Positions 34,106-44,108 of a DNA stretch of 64,000 nucleotides are shown piece by piece. The stretch is from Nanobdellota archaeon (lineage in GTDB: Archaea; Nanobdellota; Nanobdellia; Pacearchaeales; GW2011-AR1): NCBI GenBank assembly GCA_018830525.1, contig JAHJSH010000017.1, forward strand, positions 2,688 through 66,687. Reading direction: 5' to 3'. The number at the start of each line of letters is the position of its first letter. Within the stretch, counting starts at the first letter, position 1. The notes beneath the pieces are model-generated. The model was given only the letters and a program-made list of their open reading frames with translations, did not search any database and was not told the origin of the DNA. Made by a program: the position numbers and the translations under genes.

Positions 34106-35025
34106 ATTTCTTCGTTTCTCTTTTCACTTTTTATCCAGATTACCTCAAATGCTCCGATTAGTATAAGTAAAGATCCTATCGCCTGAAGCATAAGAATTGT
34201 TTCTCCTAAAAAGATAACTCCAAGAACTAGGGTTATTACTGGGGCTACTAGCAACATTATCGCCGCTTTTGATAAATTAATGTATTTTAATCCCCAATAC
34301 CAGGTCAGTACATATAGAAATAATAGGGCTCCTGAAATTGTTATGTAAAGAATTTGTTGGGCTGTTAAGGCAACTAGTAATTCTGATTTTCCAGTTAGGA
34401 AAATTATTGCGAATAGGATTATTGAACCGAAGAACATTCGACTGAAGACGACTACCCAATTACTTTCCTTGTCCATCATAGCTTTTTTTGCGATAGTGCT
34501 TTCGATTGCCCAGAGAACCGTCGCTCCGAGCACAAGCATGTCTCCCATTCTTATTTCGGCAGAAAGTTGAGATAGTTGCATTAATAACAATCCGAAAAGC
34601 ATGATAAACATTGCGATTAATTGTTTCTTTGAAATTTTTTCTTTTAAGAAAATGAAGGCTAATATTGCGACGTAGATTGGGAGGGTTTTGTGTATGAACG
34701 CAGCCCGGCCGGCCATCGTCATTTTAAGTCCGATGAAGAATAACCAGAATGCGATGCTTCCCCCGAATGCTCCGATTAAAAGTAGATATTTCCATGATAC
34801 TTTATTGAATTTCTTTTTCGTTGATTTTGAGATATATAATGAGATAAAGAAGAAAACGATACCTATGGCAAGAGCCCTCGTTGCAGTTAAGATTAATGGG
34901 TCGATTGATACTATGAAGAATTTGTTTACAACAATCGACGCACCAGATATTATTGCAGTCATTAGGATTAGGATTGTTCCCCACAACTCTTTTGAATTAT
35001 TCACGCCTTTTTTCATTGGAGTCAT
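34102..35025 (-). CDS. EamA/DMT-family transporter
   Basis: Ten hydrophobic segments in two EamA-like halves. Confidence 0.78.
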   Translation of the reverse strand: MTPMKKGVNNSKELWGTILILMTAIISGASIVVNKFFIVSIDPLILTATRALAIGIVFFFISLYISKSTKKKFNKVSWKYLLLIGAFGGSIAFWLFFIGLKMTMAGRAAFIHKTLPIYVAILAFIFLKEKISKKQLIAMFIMLFGLLLMQLSQLSAEIRMGDMLVLGATVLWAIESTIAKKAMMDKESNWVVVFSRMFFGSIILFAIIFLTGKSELLVALTAQQILYITISGALLFLYVLTWYWGLKYINLSKAAIMLLVAPVITLVLGVIFLGETILMLQAIGSLLILIGAFEVIWIKSEKRNEEI

Positions 35026-35066
35026 AAAAGTAATAATGTATTTAAAGTTTCCTTCGGTATAGGAAT

Positions 35067-35432
35067 ATGAAAGTCCTTGTTTTTGGAAATCCGTTTCTCG
35101 AGAATGATTCTTTGCCGTTGAAACTTTTACCGAAACTTCGAGAGAAATTTCCAGATATTGAGTTTAAAGAAATTGATCCGACAGAGGATTTGGATAAGCA
35201 AGGGAGAGATTTAATTATCTTAGATACTGTTGAAGGAATTGATCGGGTGATTGAATTGAATTCGATTGAGCAGTTGCATGCGAATAAAGTTTATTCGATG
35301 CACGACTTTGATTTGGCTTATAACTTGAAACTTTTGAAGAAGATTGGGAAGATTGATTCAGTGAGGATTATTGGGGTGCCGATGGAGATTGGCGAGGGGG
35401 AGGCTATGAGGGAGATTGGGGAATATTTATAA
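35067..35432 (+). CDS. [NiFe] hydrogenase maturation endopeptidase (HycI/HyaD family)
   Basis: MKVLVFGNPFLENDS, LIILDTVEG, SMHDFDL: the family's three metal-ligand positions. Confidence 0.75.
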   Translation: MKVLVFGNPFLENDSLPLKLLPKLREKFPDIEFKEIDPTEDLDKQGRDLIILDTVEGIDRVIELNSIEQLHANKVYSMHDFDLAYNLKLLKKIGKIDSVRIIGVPMEIGEGEAMREIGEYL

Positions 35433-35454
35433 TCTTCTTAGAATGGGATATTAG

Positions 35455-35991
35455 ATGGTAAAAAAGATTAATGTTAGAAGTAATAATCAGGGTGGAGGAT
35501 TTACTATCGGAGTAATAAATTTAGCTTCTCCCAAAAAGAATAAAAAGAAGTATTCGATTATAGCTGTGAGTATGTTAATACTAATGGTATTGACTTTTTT
35601 TGGAGTAGATAAAATGTTTGGAAAAGATAAAACACCTAGCGCGGAATACCATGTGGAAAGTAATAATCAGAGTGGGGGAATAACTGTCGGTAAGATTGAC
35701 AATGTGAATATTCTTACAGATAAGGAATCGTTGGGAATAAGAGAGCCAAATGGATTATATCAAAATGGGGGAAAAGTTGGAACTGTGATTAATTTTCGGG
35801 CGGATGATTCTTTGGGTACATTTACTATATCTATAATTGAGTTTGACAATCCATTAAGGGATGCAAATGTCGTTTGGCAACCCTATGAATATGGAAAGTA
35901 TACAATCCAAATTAAGAATATTAATCATTTAGTAACTATGATGCCTCCAGGAGCAAGAGAAGTTAGTGGAATTATTCTTAGTAAAAAATAA
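35455..35991 (+). CDS. Membrane-anchored hypothetical protein with internal SNNQ(G/S)GG(F/I)T(I/V)G repeat
   Basis: One TM helix; motif repeated at aa 9 and aa 69. Confidence 0.45.
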   Translation: MVKKINVRSNNQGGGFTIGVINLASPKKNKKKYSIIAVSMLILMVLTFFGVDKMFGKDKTPSAEYHVESNNQSGGITVGKIDNVNILTDKESLGIREPNGLYQNGGKVGTVINFRADDSLGTFTISIIEFDNPLRDANVVWQPYEYGKYTIQIKNINHLVTMMPPGAREVSGIILSKK

Positions 35992-35994
35992 TTT

Positions 35995-37278
35995 TCAAAT
36001 CCAATCTATCTTAAGAAAGTGAGCGGCGCAGGACATGCAAGGGTCGTAAGCTCGAATCATCTTTTCTACTTCGAATGAGATTTCTTCTTTTGTCTTGTCT
36101 TTTTTGATTAGGCTTTCGACATAAGCTGAGATGCTCTTTTCCATATGGAGAATGTTTTGTTGGGTCGGGATGCAGAGGTCCGCGAAAGTCACGATTCCTT
36201 TTTCGTCTAAGTCTAGTCTATAATATAAGGTTCCCCTTGGGGCTTCGATTACTCCGACACCGGTAGATTTTTTTGGTATGATTGTTATAGGCTTTTCAGG
36301 TTTGATTTCGGTGTTTAGAATGTTTATAGAATTATCTGTGATGTTTAACATTTCTATGGCCTGAGCAAGGTTGCTGTCGAAAACATTTGTCGATGGAAAG
36401 ACTTTTAGATATTTTTCGATATATTTTTGAGTATGGGGGTTTAAGTGGTCTTTGTTGATATTCATCCTTGCTAATGCTCCTACGAGATATTCTTTGCTTT
36501 CGAATGCAAATGCGGTCGCATGAGAGTAAGGCAAGACGACCCGATCCAGATGATCTGCAAATTTTTCTTCTGGAATCTCAGTACCCCTTGCAGTTTTCAA
36601 TTTTCCTTCAAGGAAATTATAATCGTTATTTACTAATCCAACATAGTTTGTTTTTCTTTTAAATAAGAAATCTTTTCTTTTATTATAAAGCAAATCGATT
36701 ATTGCGATTATTTTTATCCGGACATCTTTCAATTTCTTTTTAGCCTCGGCGACCTCTTCTTTTGTCGGGAATTTGGTGAATCCTCCAACTATTGCGTTTG
36801 GGGGATGTATAGCTCTTCCGCCGATGATTGTTGAGAGATAGTTCCCAGCTTCTTTTACATCTAGGCCGTAATGAATCCATTTGTGTAGGTCATCCCCGAA
36901 ATCTAATACCGAATCAATTCCGAAAACATCTGGGAGGACAAAGAAGTAAAGATGCATCGCGTGATCTCTTAGATGGCTTGCATTTGCTAAAAGGTTTCTT
37001 AGTCTCATTGTTTGCTCTGTTACTTTGGTTCCAAACGCTTTTTCTATTGCTTCAGTCGAACAGATGACATGGGCCGCGCTACAGGTTCCACAAATTCTTG
37101 ACATTGTCATTGGAACGTTGCTGTATTTTAATCCTACGACTGCTTGAGTAAAGAAACGTTTATTCTCGCTTATTTTTAGATTGCACTCTGCAACTTGTCC
37201 ATCACGAACTTTTAAATCCATGTGGGTATGGCCTTCAATCTTCGAGATGTTCTTTAGGTCTAGGTCGAAGCTATGCAT
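35995..37278 (-). CDS. [NiFe] hydrogenase large subunit (group 3-like, 427 aa)
   Basis: N-terminal RICGTCSAAH (RxCGxCxxxH) and C-terminal DPCMSCAAH (DPCxxCxxH) Ni-binding motifs. Confidence 0.92.
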   Translation of the reverse strand: MHSFDLDLKNISKIEGHTHMDLKVRDGQVAECNLKISENKRFFTQAVVGLKYSNVPMTMSRICGTCSAAHVICSTEAIEKAFGTKVTEQTMRLRNLLANASHLRDHAMHLYFFVLPDVFGIDSVLDFGDDLHKWIHYGLDVKEAGNYLSTIIGGRAIHPPNAIVGGFTKFPTKEEVAEAKKKLKDVRIKIIAIIDLLYNKRKDFLFKRKTNYVGLVNNDYNFLEGKLKTARGTEIPEEKFADHLDRVVLPYSHATAFAFESKEYLVGALARMNINKDHLNPHTQKYIEKYLKVFPSTNVFDSNLAQAIEMLNITDNSINILNTEIKPEKPITIIPKKSTGVGVIEAPRGTLYYRLDLDEKGIVTFADLCIPTQQNILHMEKSISAYVESLIKKDKTKEEISFEVEKMIRAYDPCMSCAAHFLKIDWI

Positions 37279-37738
37279 TCAAATAACCCTCCATCTTTTT
37301 GATAAATAATTTTTGGTCTATGGGGCATCCAGGGATTTCATCATCAATCTTTACGAATTTTTTTATCGGAGAAACGGTTTCTATTTGGTTTAATTTTTTT
37401 ATTAACTCTGCAATTTCTTTTTTCTTTACGTCGTTGAAATCGTTTCTTAAATTTGAAGGCCATCCATTGATTGCTCCAGACCCCAAAGCCACTAGTTTAG
37501 TTGCATTTTTTCGGATTAGTTTTAATTTTCTTATTTCACTCTGGGTGGAGATTGCGCCCTCAACAAAAGCGATGTCCATCGGTCTTATTGGTTTGACTTT
37601 TTTTAAAGCTCGGAGATATTGAATGTCTATTTTTTTTGTCCAATCAAAATATTTTTCGTTTAGAATTTCTATAAAGGAAATCATGCAACCTTCACAGCAG
37701 GTGAAAGAAAAGAACCCAACCTTTATTTTTTTAGCCAT
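37271..37738 (-). CDS. [NiFe] hydrogenase small subunit (short, delta-type, 155 aa)
   Basis: FSFTCCEGC proximal-cluster motif, EGAIST, GCP; 8-nt overlap with the large subunit. Confidence 0.8.
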   Translation of the reverse strand: MAKKIKVGFFSFTCCEGCMISFIEILNEKYFDWTKKIDIQYLRALKKVKPIRPMDIAFVEGAISTQSEIRKLKLIRKNATKLVALGSGAINGWPSNLRNDFNDVKKKEIAELIKKLNQIETVSPIKKFVKIDDEIPGCPIDQKLFIKKMEGYLNA

Positions 37739-37795
37739 TTCAACCTCGTTTTACCTAATCAATAGACTTTTAAAAACAATTCCCTTTTGAAATAC

Positions 37796-38317
37796 ATGAT
37801 ATGTGATACAGTGGTGAATACGTTTATGCAATCTATTGAGAGTTCTGTGCTGGTCTCGATTTCAAAGGCAATTGCTCCGATTTTTGATCCGGTAGTTTTG
37901 ATTGTTCTCTCGTTGGTTGTCGCGCCCTATATTTATATGAAATCTTCTAAGAAAAATGGGATAATATTCGGAGCTATGATTCTTATTACGGGCGGAATTA
38001 TATGGGTATTGAAACAGACTTTTGGAAGATTGCGTCCTTTGGAGGCTTTATCTACGGAGCTAAGTTACTCTTTTCCTAGTGGGCATGCGACAATGGCGGT
38101 TGTTTTCTTTGGGATTCTTATTTATTTATTTGTTAGTAAAAAGTATAGAGTTTGGGGAATTGTTGTTGCGAGTTTGTTAGTTCTCTTTGTTGGATTTAGT
38201 AGACTTTATCTTAGAGTTCATTGGTTGACTGATGTTCTTGGAGGATTTATTATCGGAGGAGTTATTTTGGCGGCAGGAATATGGGCCTTTAACGCGCAAG
38301 GGCGTACCCGTCATTAG
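37796..38317 (+). CDS. PAP2-family phosphatase (membrane)
   Basis: KQTFGRLRP, SFPSGHA, SRLYLRVHWLTDV tripartite PAP2 motif. Confidence 0.82.
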   Translation: MICDTVVNTFMQSIESSVLVSISKAIAPIFDPVVLIVLSLVVAPYIYMKSSKKNGIIFGAMILITGGIIWVLKQTFGRLRPLEALSTELSYSFPSGHATMAVVFFGILIYLFVSKKYRVWGIVVASLLVLFVGFSRLYLRVHWLTDVLGGFIIGGVILAAGIWAFNAQGRTRH

Positions 38318-38336
38318 AGATTCTATGAATCTCGAT

Positions 38337-39530
38337 TTATAACTTGGGCAAAGAATTCTTGATTAGATAAACTTCAGTTCCGTTTTTGACTTTTGACCCG
38401 AATTTGATTCCGATTTCTTGGCCTTTCTTTGCTGTCTTGACATCTTTGCTTTCGAACTCGATGCTTTTGACTTTTGTTCGTTTAATTGGTTCGTCTCCAA
38501 TTAAATATACCTCGTCTCCAACTGAAAGTTTTCCTGCGTTCATTTTTACTGAACATGCTTCGACTTTTGGCCAGTATTTGTAGGTCTTTCCAACAAATTG
38601 TTTTTTCTCGGTTTGATCGCCATGTTCGCTAAAAGAGAAGTCATCTGCTATGGGCATTCTTAGGAAGAATCCTGAACTGAAGCCTCGGTTGTATACTTTC
38701 TTTAGATTAGTGATGCCTTCCAGGATTTCTGTGTGAGTTAATTTTTTATCCAGGGCTTTTCGGTATTCGGTTACAACAGCGTGGACGTATTCTGGGCTTC
38801 GGTTTCGTCCTTCTATTTTGAATGATGTGATTCCTGCTGCTTTCATTTTGTCTATAAAAGGTAAAGTGCATAAATCTTTCGCGGACATTACCCGGCTATT
38901 TTCTAATTTTAATTTGTTTCCACCATCATCAGTTATTTCCCATGCTCTTCGGCAAAGTTGTGCACATTCTCCACGATTAGCTGAAAGTCCGTGAGTGTAT
39001 TGGGACATGAAACATCTTCCAGAGACTGCAACACACATTGCCCCGTGGCAGAATGTTTCTACTTCGATGAATTTGGAGATTTTTTTTATTTGATTTAGAT
39101 TTAATTCTCTTGCTAGAACTACTCTTTCTGCCCCGAGTTTTTTGTAGAATTTTGCGGCCGCGATATTGGAGATGGAAGCTTGTGTTGAAATGTGGAATGG
39201 AATACCATATTTTCTACAGAGTTCGATAACGGATAAGTCCCAACAGATAATTGCATCAACTTTTCCTTTTGTGGCTTTAACAATTTTTTCTAATTTTTTT
39301 AGTTCTTCATCGTATACTACTACGTTGAGAGTTAAGTACATCTTAACATTTCGTTTTGATTCTTTGCAAATTTTTCTTATTTTTGGGAGGTCTTTGATGT
39401 TGAAATTCTTTGCTGCTGCTCGCATGTTGAAACCTTTAATTCCGAAGTATACCGCGTCAGCTCTGGCTGCAATTGCGGCATGTAGATTCCTAAAATCTCC
39501 TACTGGAGCTAATAGTTCGTGTTTTGTCAT
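38337..39530 (-). CDS. Peptidase U32-family protein
   Basis: ELLAPVGDFRNLHAAIAARADAVYFG N-terminus and conserved Cys cluster CHGAMCVAVSGRC. Confidence 0.85.
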   Translation of the reverse strand: MTKHELLAPVGDFRNLHAAIAARADAVYFGIKGFNMRAAAKNFNIKDLPKIRKICKESKRNVKMYLTLNVVVYDEELKKLEKIVKATKGKVDAIICWDLSVIELCRKYGIPFHISTQASISNIAAAKFYKKLGAERVVLARELNLNQIKKISKFIEVETFCHGAMCVAVSGRCFMSQYTHGLSANRGECAQLCRRAWEITDDGGNKLKLENSRVMSAKDLCTLPFIDKMKAAGITSFKIEGRNRSPEYVHAVVTEYRKALDKKLTHTEILEGITNLKKVYNRGFSSGFFLRMPIADDFSFSEHGDQTEKKQFVGKTYKYWPKVEACSVKMNAGKLSVGDEVYLIGDEPIKRTKVKSIEFESKDVKTAKKGQEIGIKFGSKVKNGTEVYLIKNSLPKL

Positions 39531-39810
39531 AGTCTATATTTCGTTTTTCATCTTTTAAACCCTTCTCATACAACTCGCCGATGTATTCCCAATGTATGTT
39601 GTCCCAAAATTCCATCCTTCCCCTCTCCCACTTGGTTGTGTCAATGCGGACGATTTTACCGACGAGATTTTCTGGGCCGTCCATTGAATAATGATATTTG
39701 CCGTCGGAGTCTTTTGAAATCCAAGCAGGATTGTAGCCGAGATTTTTGCCTTCGTCTAGTTTTGTGTAGTAATCGTACACTTCTCGTAGAGGGTTATTAT
39801 AGTCTGTCAT
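39490..39810 (-). CDS. Hypothetical protein (106 aa); 3' end overlaps the U32 gene by 41 nt
   Basis: ORF only; Trp/Tyr-rich; no family recognised. Confidence 0.4.
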   Translation of the reverse strand: MTDYNNPLREVYDYYTKLDEGKNLGYNPAWISKDSDGKYHYSMDGPENLVGKIVRIDTTKWERGRMEFWDNIHWEYIGELYEKGLKDEKRNIDYDKTRTISSSRRF

Positions 39811-39975
39811 CTTAAAAAAGAGAAAGAATTTAGTTGGCTATTGCCATAGCTCGGGCTATTGCGATATCAATTCTCAAATTATTAATTTGTTCTCCGAGCA
39901 TGGAAAGGTATACGGATTAGATATTTTAAAGGTTTTGTCGTAATTCCAGAGTTACTAAAAACACAACTTTTATAA

Positions 39976-40608
39976 ATGCAGAAAAAGTGTAATATTATGG
40001 AAAAATCTGTAGGTCAGGTTGAAAAAAATGTTTCTGCAAGTTTCGCATATGTCAAGAAAGATATGTTGATGTTGAACGATGCTTTTAGCGATCTTCATGA
40101 TAAGATGCAGCATTTGAGTTTGAATCATGCTATGCTTCTTGAAGAGATTGGAAAACTTCGACATGAGATGGCTAAAAAGGTTGAGAAGAAAGTTGATAAA
40201 AAAGTTGTTGTTAAGAAACCGGTAGCTAAAAAGGTTAAGGCTAAAAAAAAAGATGATTTGACTAAGGTTGAAGGCATTGGTCCAGCAATAAAGAAACTTC
40301 TTTGGAAGAATAAGATTGAGACGTTTAAGGATTTATCTAAGACTCATGTTCAGGAACTTAGAGATATTTTAGATAAGAAAGGATCAATGTTTAAGATGCA
40401 TGACCCCTCTACTTGGGCTCGACAGGCAAAGTTGGCTTCTCAGAAAAAGTGGAATGAACTTGAAAAATTACAAGCGAAGTTACAGGGCGGTGTTAAGCTA
40501 GAGAAGAAAGCAGGGGTTAAGAAAAAACCTATGACAAAGACAGAAATTAAGATTCCTAAGAACAAAGAGATAAAAAAGATTGTTAAGGAAACAGTTACTT
40601 ACGAGTAA
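39976..40608 (+). CDS. Lys-rich protein with helix-hairpin-helix-like segment (possible DNA binding)
   Basis: KKVEKKVDKKVVVKKPVAKKVKAKKK tract followed by LTKVEGIGPAIKKLL (HhH GIG motif). Confidence 0.5.
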   Translation: MQKKCNIMEKSVGQVEKNVSASFAYVKKDMLMLNDAFSDLHDKMQHLSLNHAMLLEEIGKLRHEMAKKVEKKVDKKVVVKKPVAKKVKAKKKDDLTKVEGIGPAIKKLLWKNKIETFKDLSKTHVQELRDILDKKGSMFKMHDPSTWARQAKLASQKKWNELEKLQAKLQGGVKLEKKAGVKKKPMTKTEIKIPKNKEIKKIVKETVTYE

Positions 40609-40706
40609 GGAAATCTTTGCATCAGCGATGTACCCCTCGGGCAAAAAGCATTTTTAAGAATATTAAAACGTAATGTTTAAAAAAGGATTCTAACATTTAT
40701 TCTCAT

Positions 40707-40778
40707 GCCTCAATAGTATAATGGTTAGTACACGGCCCTGTCGCGGCCGAGACCCGGGTTCAATCCCCGGTTGGGGCG
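40707..40778 (+). tRNA. tRNA-Asp(GUC), 72 nt
   Basis: Acceptor GCCTCAA/TTGGGGC, anticodon arm CGGCC-CTGTCGC-GGCCG, T arm CCGGG-TTCAATC-CCCGG. Confidence 0.92.
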
Positions 40779-40825
40779 TGAGACAAAAACGAACGGTTTA
40801 AATAAATCGCTTGTTTAGTTATTCT

Positions 40826-41947
40826 ATGAACATTAAGATTGATATTCACAATAGGAACTATGAATCTCGAAGAAAGGTGATTAAGACTTGGGAGATTCCC
40901 GACGTTGAGAAGAAAAAGTTTATTGAATTCTTGGATGAGATGGCTCTCGGCAGAGTAAACAAGGGCAAGAAGATTGGGGAGAATAGGCTATGCAAATATA
41001 TTTCTATGTTAAGAGTTCCTTTTGAATTTTGGAATAAATCTATGACGACACTCACCCTCCAGGATGTTAAGAATTTTGAACAGGATTTTTCATCAGGAAA
41101 AATAAAGACTAAGAATGGTGAAGAATTTGCAGATAGTTCTAAGGTAGATACTCGAAAGGCTCTTAGAATTTATCTTAGATGGCGACTCGGAACTGATAGA
41201 GCAAATAAGTTAGTTGATTGGTTAGACACACGAACCCAAGTCAAAACCCCCGAATTTCTAAGAGAAGAAGAAATTGAATTGCTTTATCGGAGTTGTCGAA
41301 ATGCCAAGGAAAGATTTTTGATTGCAGTATTATTTGATGCGGGTTGTCGTGCGGAAGAATTTCTTAATATCCGATATGAAGACGTATTTACTCCAAAGGA
41401 TTCTTCGAACTTTGTTAAGGTTGCCCTAAAAGAGGAATACAGCAAGACTAAGGGCAGAACTATCTCACTTTATTGGAAACATTCAGTTGAAGCAGTTAGA
41501 GATTATTTAGATGAGAGAAAATTTAGGGGAATAAAATCAACAGAACAAGTATACGAAGGAACTTATGATAAGGCAAGACAATTTATTCGACGGCTTGGAT
41601 TAAAAGTTTTAAACAAGCCTATCCATTTTCACCTATTTAGGCATTCTTCAGCGACATATTATGCTTCTCGATTGAATAGGCAACAACTTTGTATTCGGTA
41701 TGGATGGGCTTTTAGTTCTAATATGCCTGATGTCTATATTTCTCGGGCGGGAATGGAAGACAAGGAACTCGACGAGAGAATGGCAGGGACTAAGATTGAA
41801 AAGATACAAGAAGACTTTTTGAAGAAAGAACAGGAGATGAAAATTGAAATGGGTGAACTCCGAGAAAGATTAGACGGGCAGGAGTCCTTCAATAAACAAA
41901 TTCTTGAGAACATGAAGAAATTTAATCAGACACTTAATAAAAAATGA
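40826..41947 (+). CDS. int: Tyrosine recombinase/integrase
   Basis: FDAGCRAEEF (Arg), HFHLFRHSSATYY (HxxR), MPDVYISRAG (Tyr); 48 nt downstream of tRNA-Asp. ATG at 40826 preferred over TTG at 40811. Confidence 0.87.
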   Translation: MNIKIDIHNRNYESRRKVIKTWEIPDVEKKKFIEFLDEMALGRVNKGKKIGENRLCKYISMLRVPFEFWNKSMTTLTLQDVKNFEQDFSSGKIKTKNGEEFADSSKVDTRKALRIYLRWRLGTDRANKLVDWLDTRTQVKTPEFLREEEIELLYRSCRNAKERFLIAVLFDAGCRAEEFLNIRYEDVFTPKDSSNFVKVALKEEYSKTKGRTISLYWKHSVEAVRDYLDERKFRGIKSTEQVYEGTYDKARQFIRRLGLKVLNKPIHFHLFRHSSATYYASRLNRQQLCIRYGWAFSSNMPDVYISRAGMEDKELDERMAGTKIEKIQEDFLKKEQEMKIEMGELRERLDGQESFNKQILENMKKFNQTLNKK

Positions 41948-42042
41948 AATTTAATATTAAATCAATATTTGAAGCGACGCTGTGGGTGTTTGGGATTCTT
42001 GCGATAGTAGTTCTTATCTGGGGGATAACAAAAACATTCTAG
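41944..42042 (+). CDS. Possible 32-aa single-TM peptide
   Basis: ATGA overlap with the integrase stop; MKFNIKSIFEATLWVFGILAIVVLIWGITKTF. Confidence 0.25.
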   Translation: MKFNIKSIFEATLWVFGILAIVVLIWGITKTF

Positions 42043-42130
42043 AAAGGATATTAATTAAGATTATATTAAAAATTACTTTAAACAAAGTAATATAACAAAT
42101 ACATTGAGTTAATTTAATATTTAATTAATC

Positions 42131-42994
42131 TCAAATTCTAAGACTCATTCTCGCCCCCAATAGGGCATTTACCATTTTCCTATTTATGAGAGTTAGCTCT
42201 TTGATTAGAGTTTCTTTTGATTTTTCCCATGAACTATCATTATAATCTCTAGTTATACCGAATTCTTCATGATGTTTTCCCAATAATGAGTACTTTTTAG
42301 GCATCTCTTTAGGATTGGGAAATTTCTTTTTTGATTTTCTTATGAAATAATATTGTTTAATCTGGGAATCAGAATCGAAAGAAGTTATACCTGGACTATA
42401 ATTCCACATATTATTAATTGTATTTTCTAAAATCTTTCTTATTACTCTTTCATCAATTCCATCTTCATTAATTTCGGGGGCATTTTCTAATCTTTTCTTT
42501 TCAAAAGATATTTCAGAGTAAGGGGTTACAAAATATGAAACATACCATTTTAACATCCCTTCAAGAAAATCTTCATCCCTAGAATATAAACTATAAATTT
42601 CTTGTCTGACAGTTTGACTAAAAAAACAATTCTCTAAAAATTTCTTCTCACTTGGACTAAACTCCATATTTCTCTTTTCTTTGCAATATCTAAAAAAAGG
42701 TTCTATATTGAAAATATACTTTGTAAATTTTTGAGTAGTTCCTATTTTTGTTTTTTCGGGTGATTTTTTTGAGTAAAAAAACTCTTCATCTTTCCATTTA
42801 TTAAATGTTTTGTTGACGTTAGGCATGCTCCAACTTGTTCTTTTGGAAGCTTTATAATATTTTTTCATCGTTTTTTCATACATTTTTTTACTAACACCTG
42901 AAGGATTATTAAACTCAATAAAAAATTTCCACGCAATTTCACGAGTCTTTCCAGTTTTAATTAATTCCAACCAATTTTTATTATTTTTAACCAT
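42131..42994 (-). CDS. Hypothetical protein (287 aa)
   Basis: Long ORF, Lys/Glu/Phe-rich; no family recognised. Confidence 0.5.
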   Translation of the reverse strand: MVKNNKNWLELIKTGKTREIAWKFFIEFNNPSGVSKKMYEKTMKKYYKASKRTSWSMPNVNKTFNKWKDEEFFYSKKSPEKTKIGTTQKFTKYIFNIEPFFRYCKEKRNMEFSPSEKKFLENCFFSQTVRQEIYSLYSRDEDFLEGMLKWYVSYFVTPYSEISFEKKRLENAPEINEDGIDERVIRKILENTINNMWNYSPGITSFDSDSQIKQYYFIRKSKKKFPNPKEMPKKYSLLGKHHEEFGITRDYNDSSWEKSKETLIKELTLINRKMVNALLGARMSLRI

Positions 42995-43054
42995 TTTAAC
43001 CTATCAATACTTTATAGTTAATAGGTTTTATATGCTTTTCTACTATATTCTATT

Positions 43055-43198
43055 ATGGCAATCAAAACATTACCAGTAAATTTGCAAGAAGAAACAATTT
43101 TAGAGATTGACAAAATTGCAAAGGCGGAATTATCTTCGAGAACGAGGATATTAAGATTGGCAATTAGAGAATATTTGGAGAATCAAAATGGAAAATGA
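43055..43198 (+). CDS. Ribbon-helix-helix (CopG/Arc-like) DNA-binding protein, 47 aa
   Basis: Below track cutoff; MAIKTLPVNLQEETILEIDKIAKAELSSRTRILRLAIREYLENQ has the RHH strand-helix-helix pattern. Confidence 0.6.
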   Translation: MAIKTLPVNLQEETILEIDKIAKAELSSRTRILRLAIREYLENQNGK

Positions 43199-43349
43199 AT
43201 TTGACTCCGTCCAGAAAGAAATCTTAAATGAAATGAATAAACTTGGAGCGAATCTGATAGCCTTAGGGCTCCTCAATTCAGATTTTTCGGGGGAGGAATT
43301 TTTGTCAACCTCCCCCCTTTCTTTTAAGCCAGGGGTGAATCATGAGTGA
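43188..43349 (+). CDS. Hypothetical small protein (53 aa)
   Basis: Overlaps the RHH gene end by 11 nt and the next ORF by 8 nt (operon-like chaining). Confidence 0.3.
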   Translation: MENEFDSVQKEILNEMNKLGANLIALGLLNSDFSGEEFLSTSPLSFKPGVNHE

Positions 43350-43512
43350 AATAATATTCCATCTTGTAAAATTAATAAAACGGGGCATTAGTCCGATAGA
43401 GTTGATTAATGATTTTGATTATAGTTCTGATGATGTAAAAACTGCATCTAGAATAATTGCTTATATCGATACTTGTTATAAAAATAAATTAAAGGAGACT
43501 CTTTTAGAGTAG
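43342..43512 (+). CDS. Hypothetical small protein (56 aa)
   Basis: ATG..TAG ORF chained to the previous one: MSEIIFHLVKLIKRGISPIELINDF... Confidence 0.3.
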   Translation: MSEIIFHLVKLIKRGISPIELINDFDYSSDDVKTASRIIAYIDTCYKNKLKETLLE

Positions 43513-43601
43513 TTAGTTAAGTAGTTAGTTAACTAATTAATAATTAATAATATGATACTGAAAAAAGTAAGTGTTAATGAGTTTTCTAATTCAATTAAAC
43601 G

Positions 43602-44108
43602 ATGAGCGGTTCGACAAAGGCATTCTATGCAACTAGTGAAGTTCTTGAGATTATCAAAGGATTTGATAAGGGAATGATTTCAAAAATTTGTAATCAGGCA
43701 CTTCTTGAACACAATAATGAAATTATAGATTTAGATATTCTAGCAAAAAAGGTGGATAGTCTCATCCAAGAAAAAGAAAAGATTAATGCCCAGATTAATT
43801 ACCTAACTCGAAGAAAAAAGGCTTTAGAGGGGCAAGGAGAAACCCAAAAGGTGATTCAAAAAGAAGCCCTAATCCGGGAAGAAAAAAGAGAAAAACAACA
43901 GGGGATAGAAAGAGAGAGAAAGATTCTTGATTCACACATTGAAATTGCACTAAGGGAGTTTGATTTTCCTAAAGAAGTTGCTTTAAAAGTTTCTAAGGAA
44001 TATATGGGACTTCCATCTCAAAAAAGGAAAGGTTTTACAACATTTATAGAATCTCTAGGATACACGAGGAAGGAGAAATCAAAAAGATTCGTTGGGGGAA
44101 AGATATGA
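43602..44108 (+). CDS. Hypothetical coiled-coil protein (168 aa)
   Basis: ORF; Glu/Lys-rich central helix. Confidence 0.5.
   Translation: MSGSTKAFYATSEVLEIIKGFDKGMISKICNQALLEHNNEIIDLDILAKKVDSLIQEKEKINAQINYLTRRKKALEGQGETQKVIQKEALIREEKREKQQGIERERKILDSHIEIALREFDFPKEVALKVSKEYMGLPSQKRKGFTTFIESLGYTRKEKSKRFVGGKI

Noticed and set aside
36468-37622. Plus-strand ORFs 36468-36662, 36828-37067 and 37299-37622
   Set aside because: Antisense to the hydrogenase large and small subunit genes.
39166-39815. Plus-strand ORFs 39166-39558 and 39519-39815
   Set aside because: Antisense to the U32 peptidase and the 106-aa ORF; compositionally odd (Phe/Ser/Cys-rich) translations.
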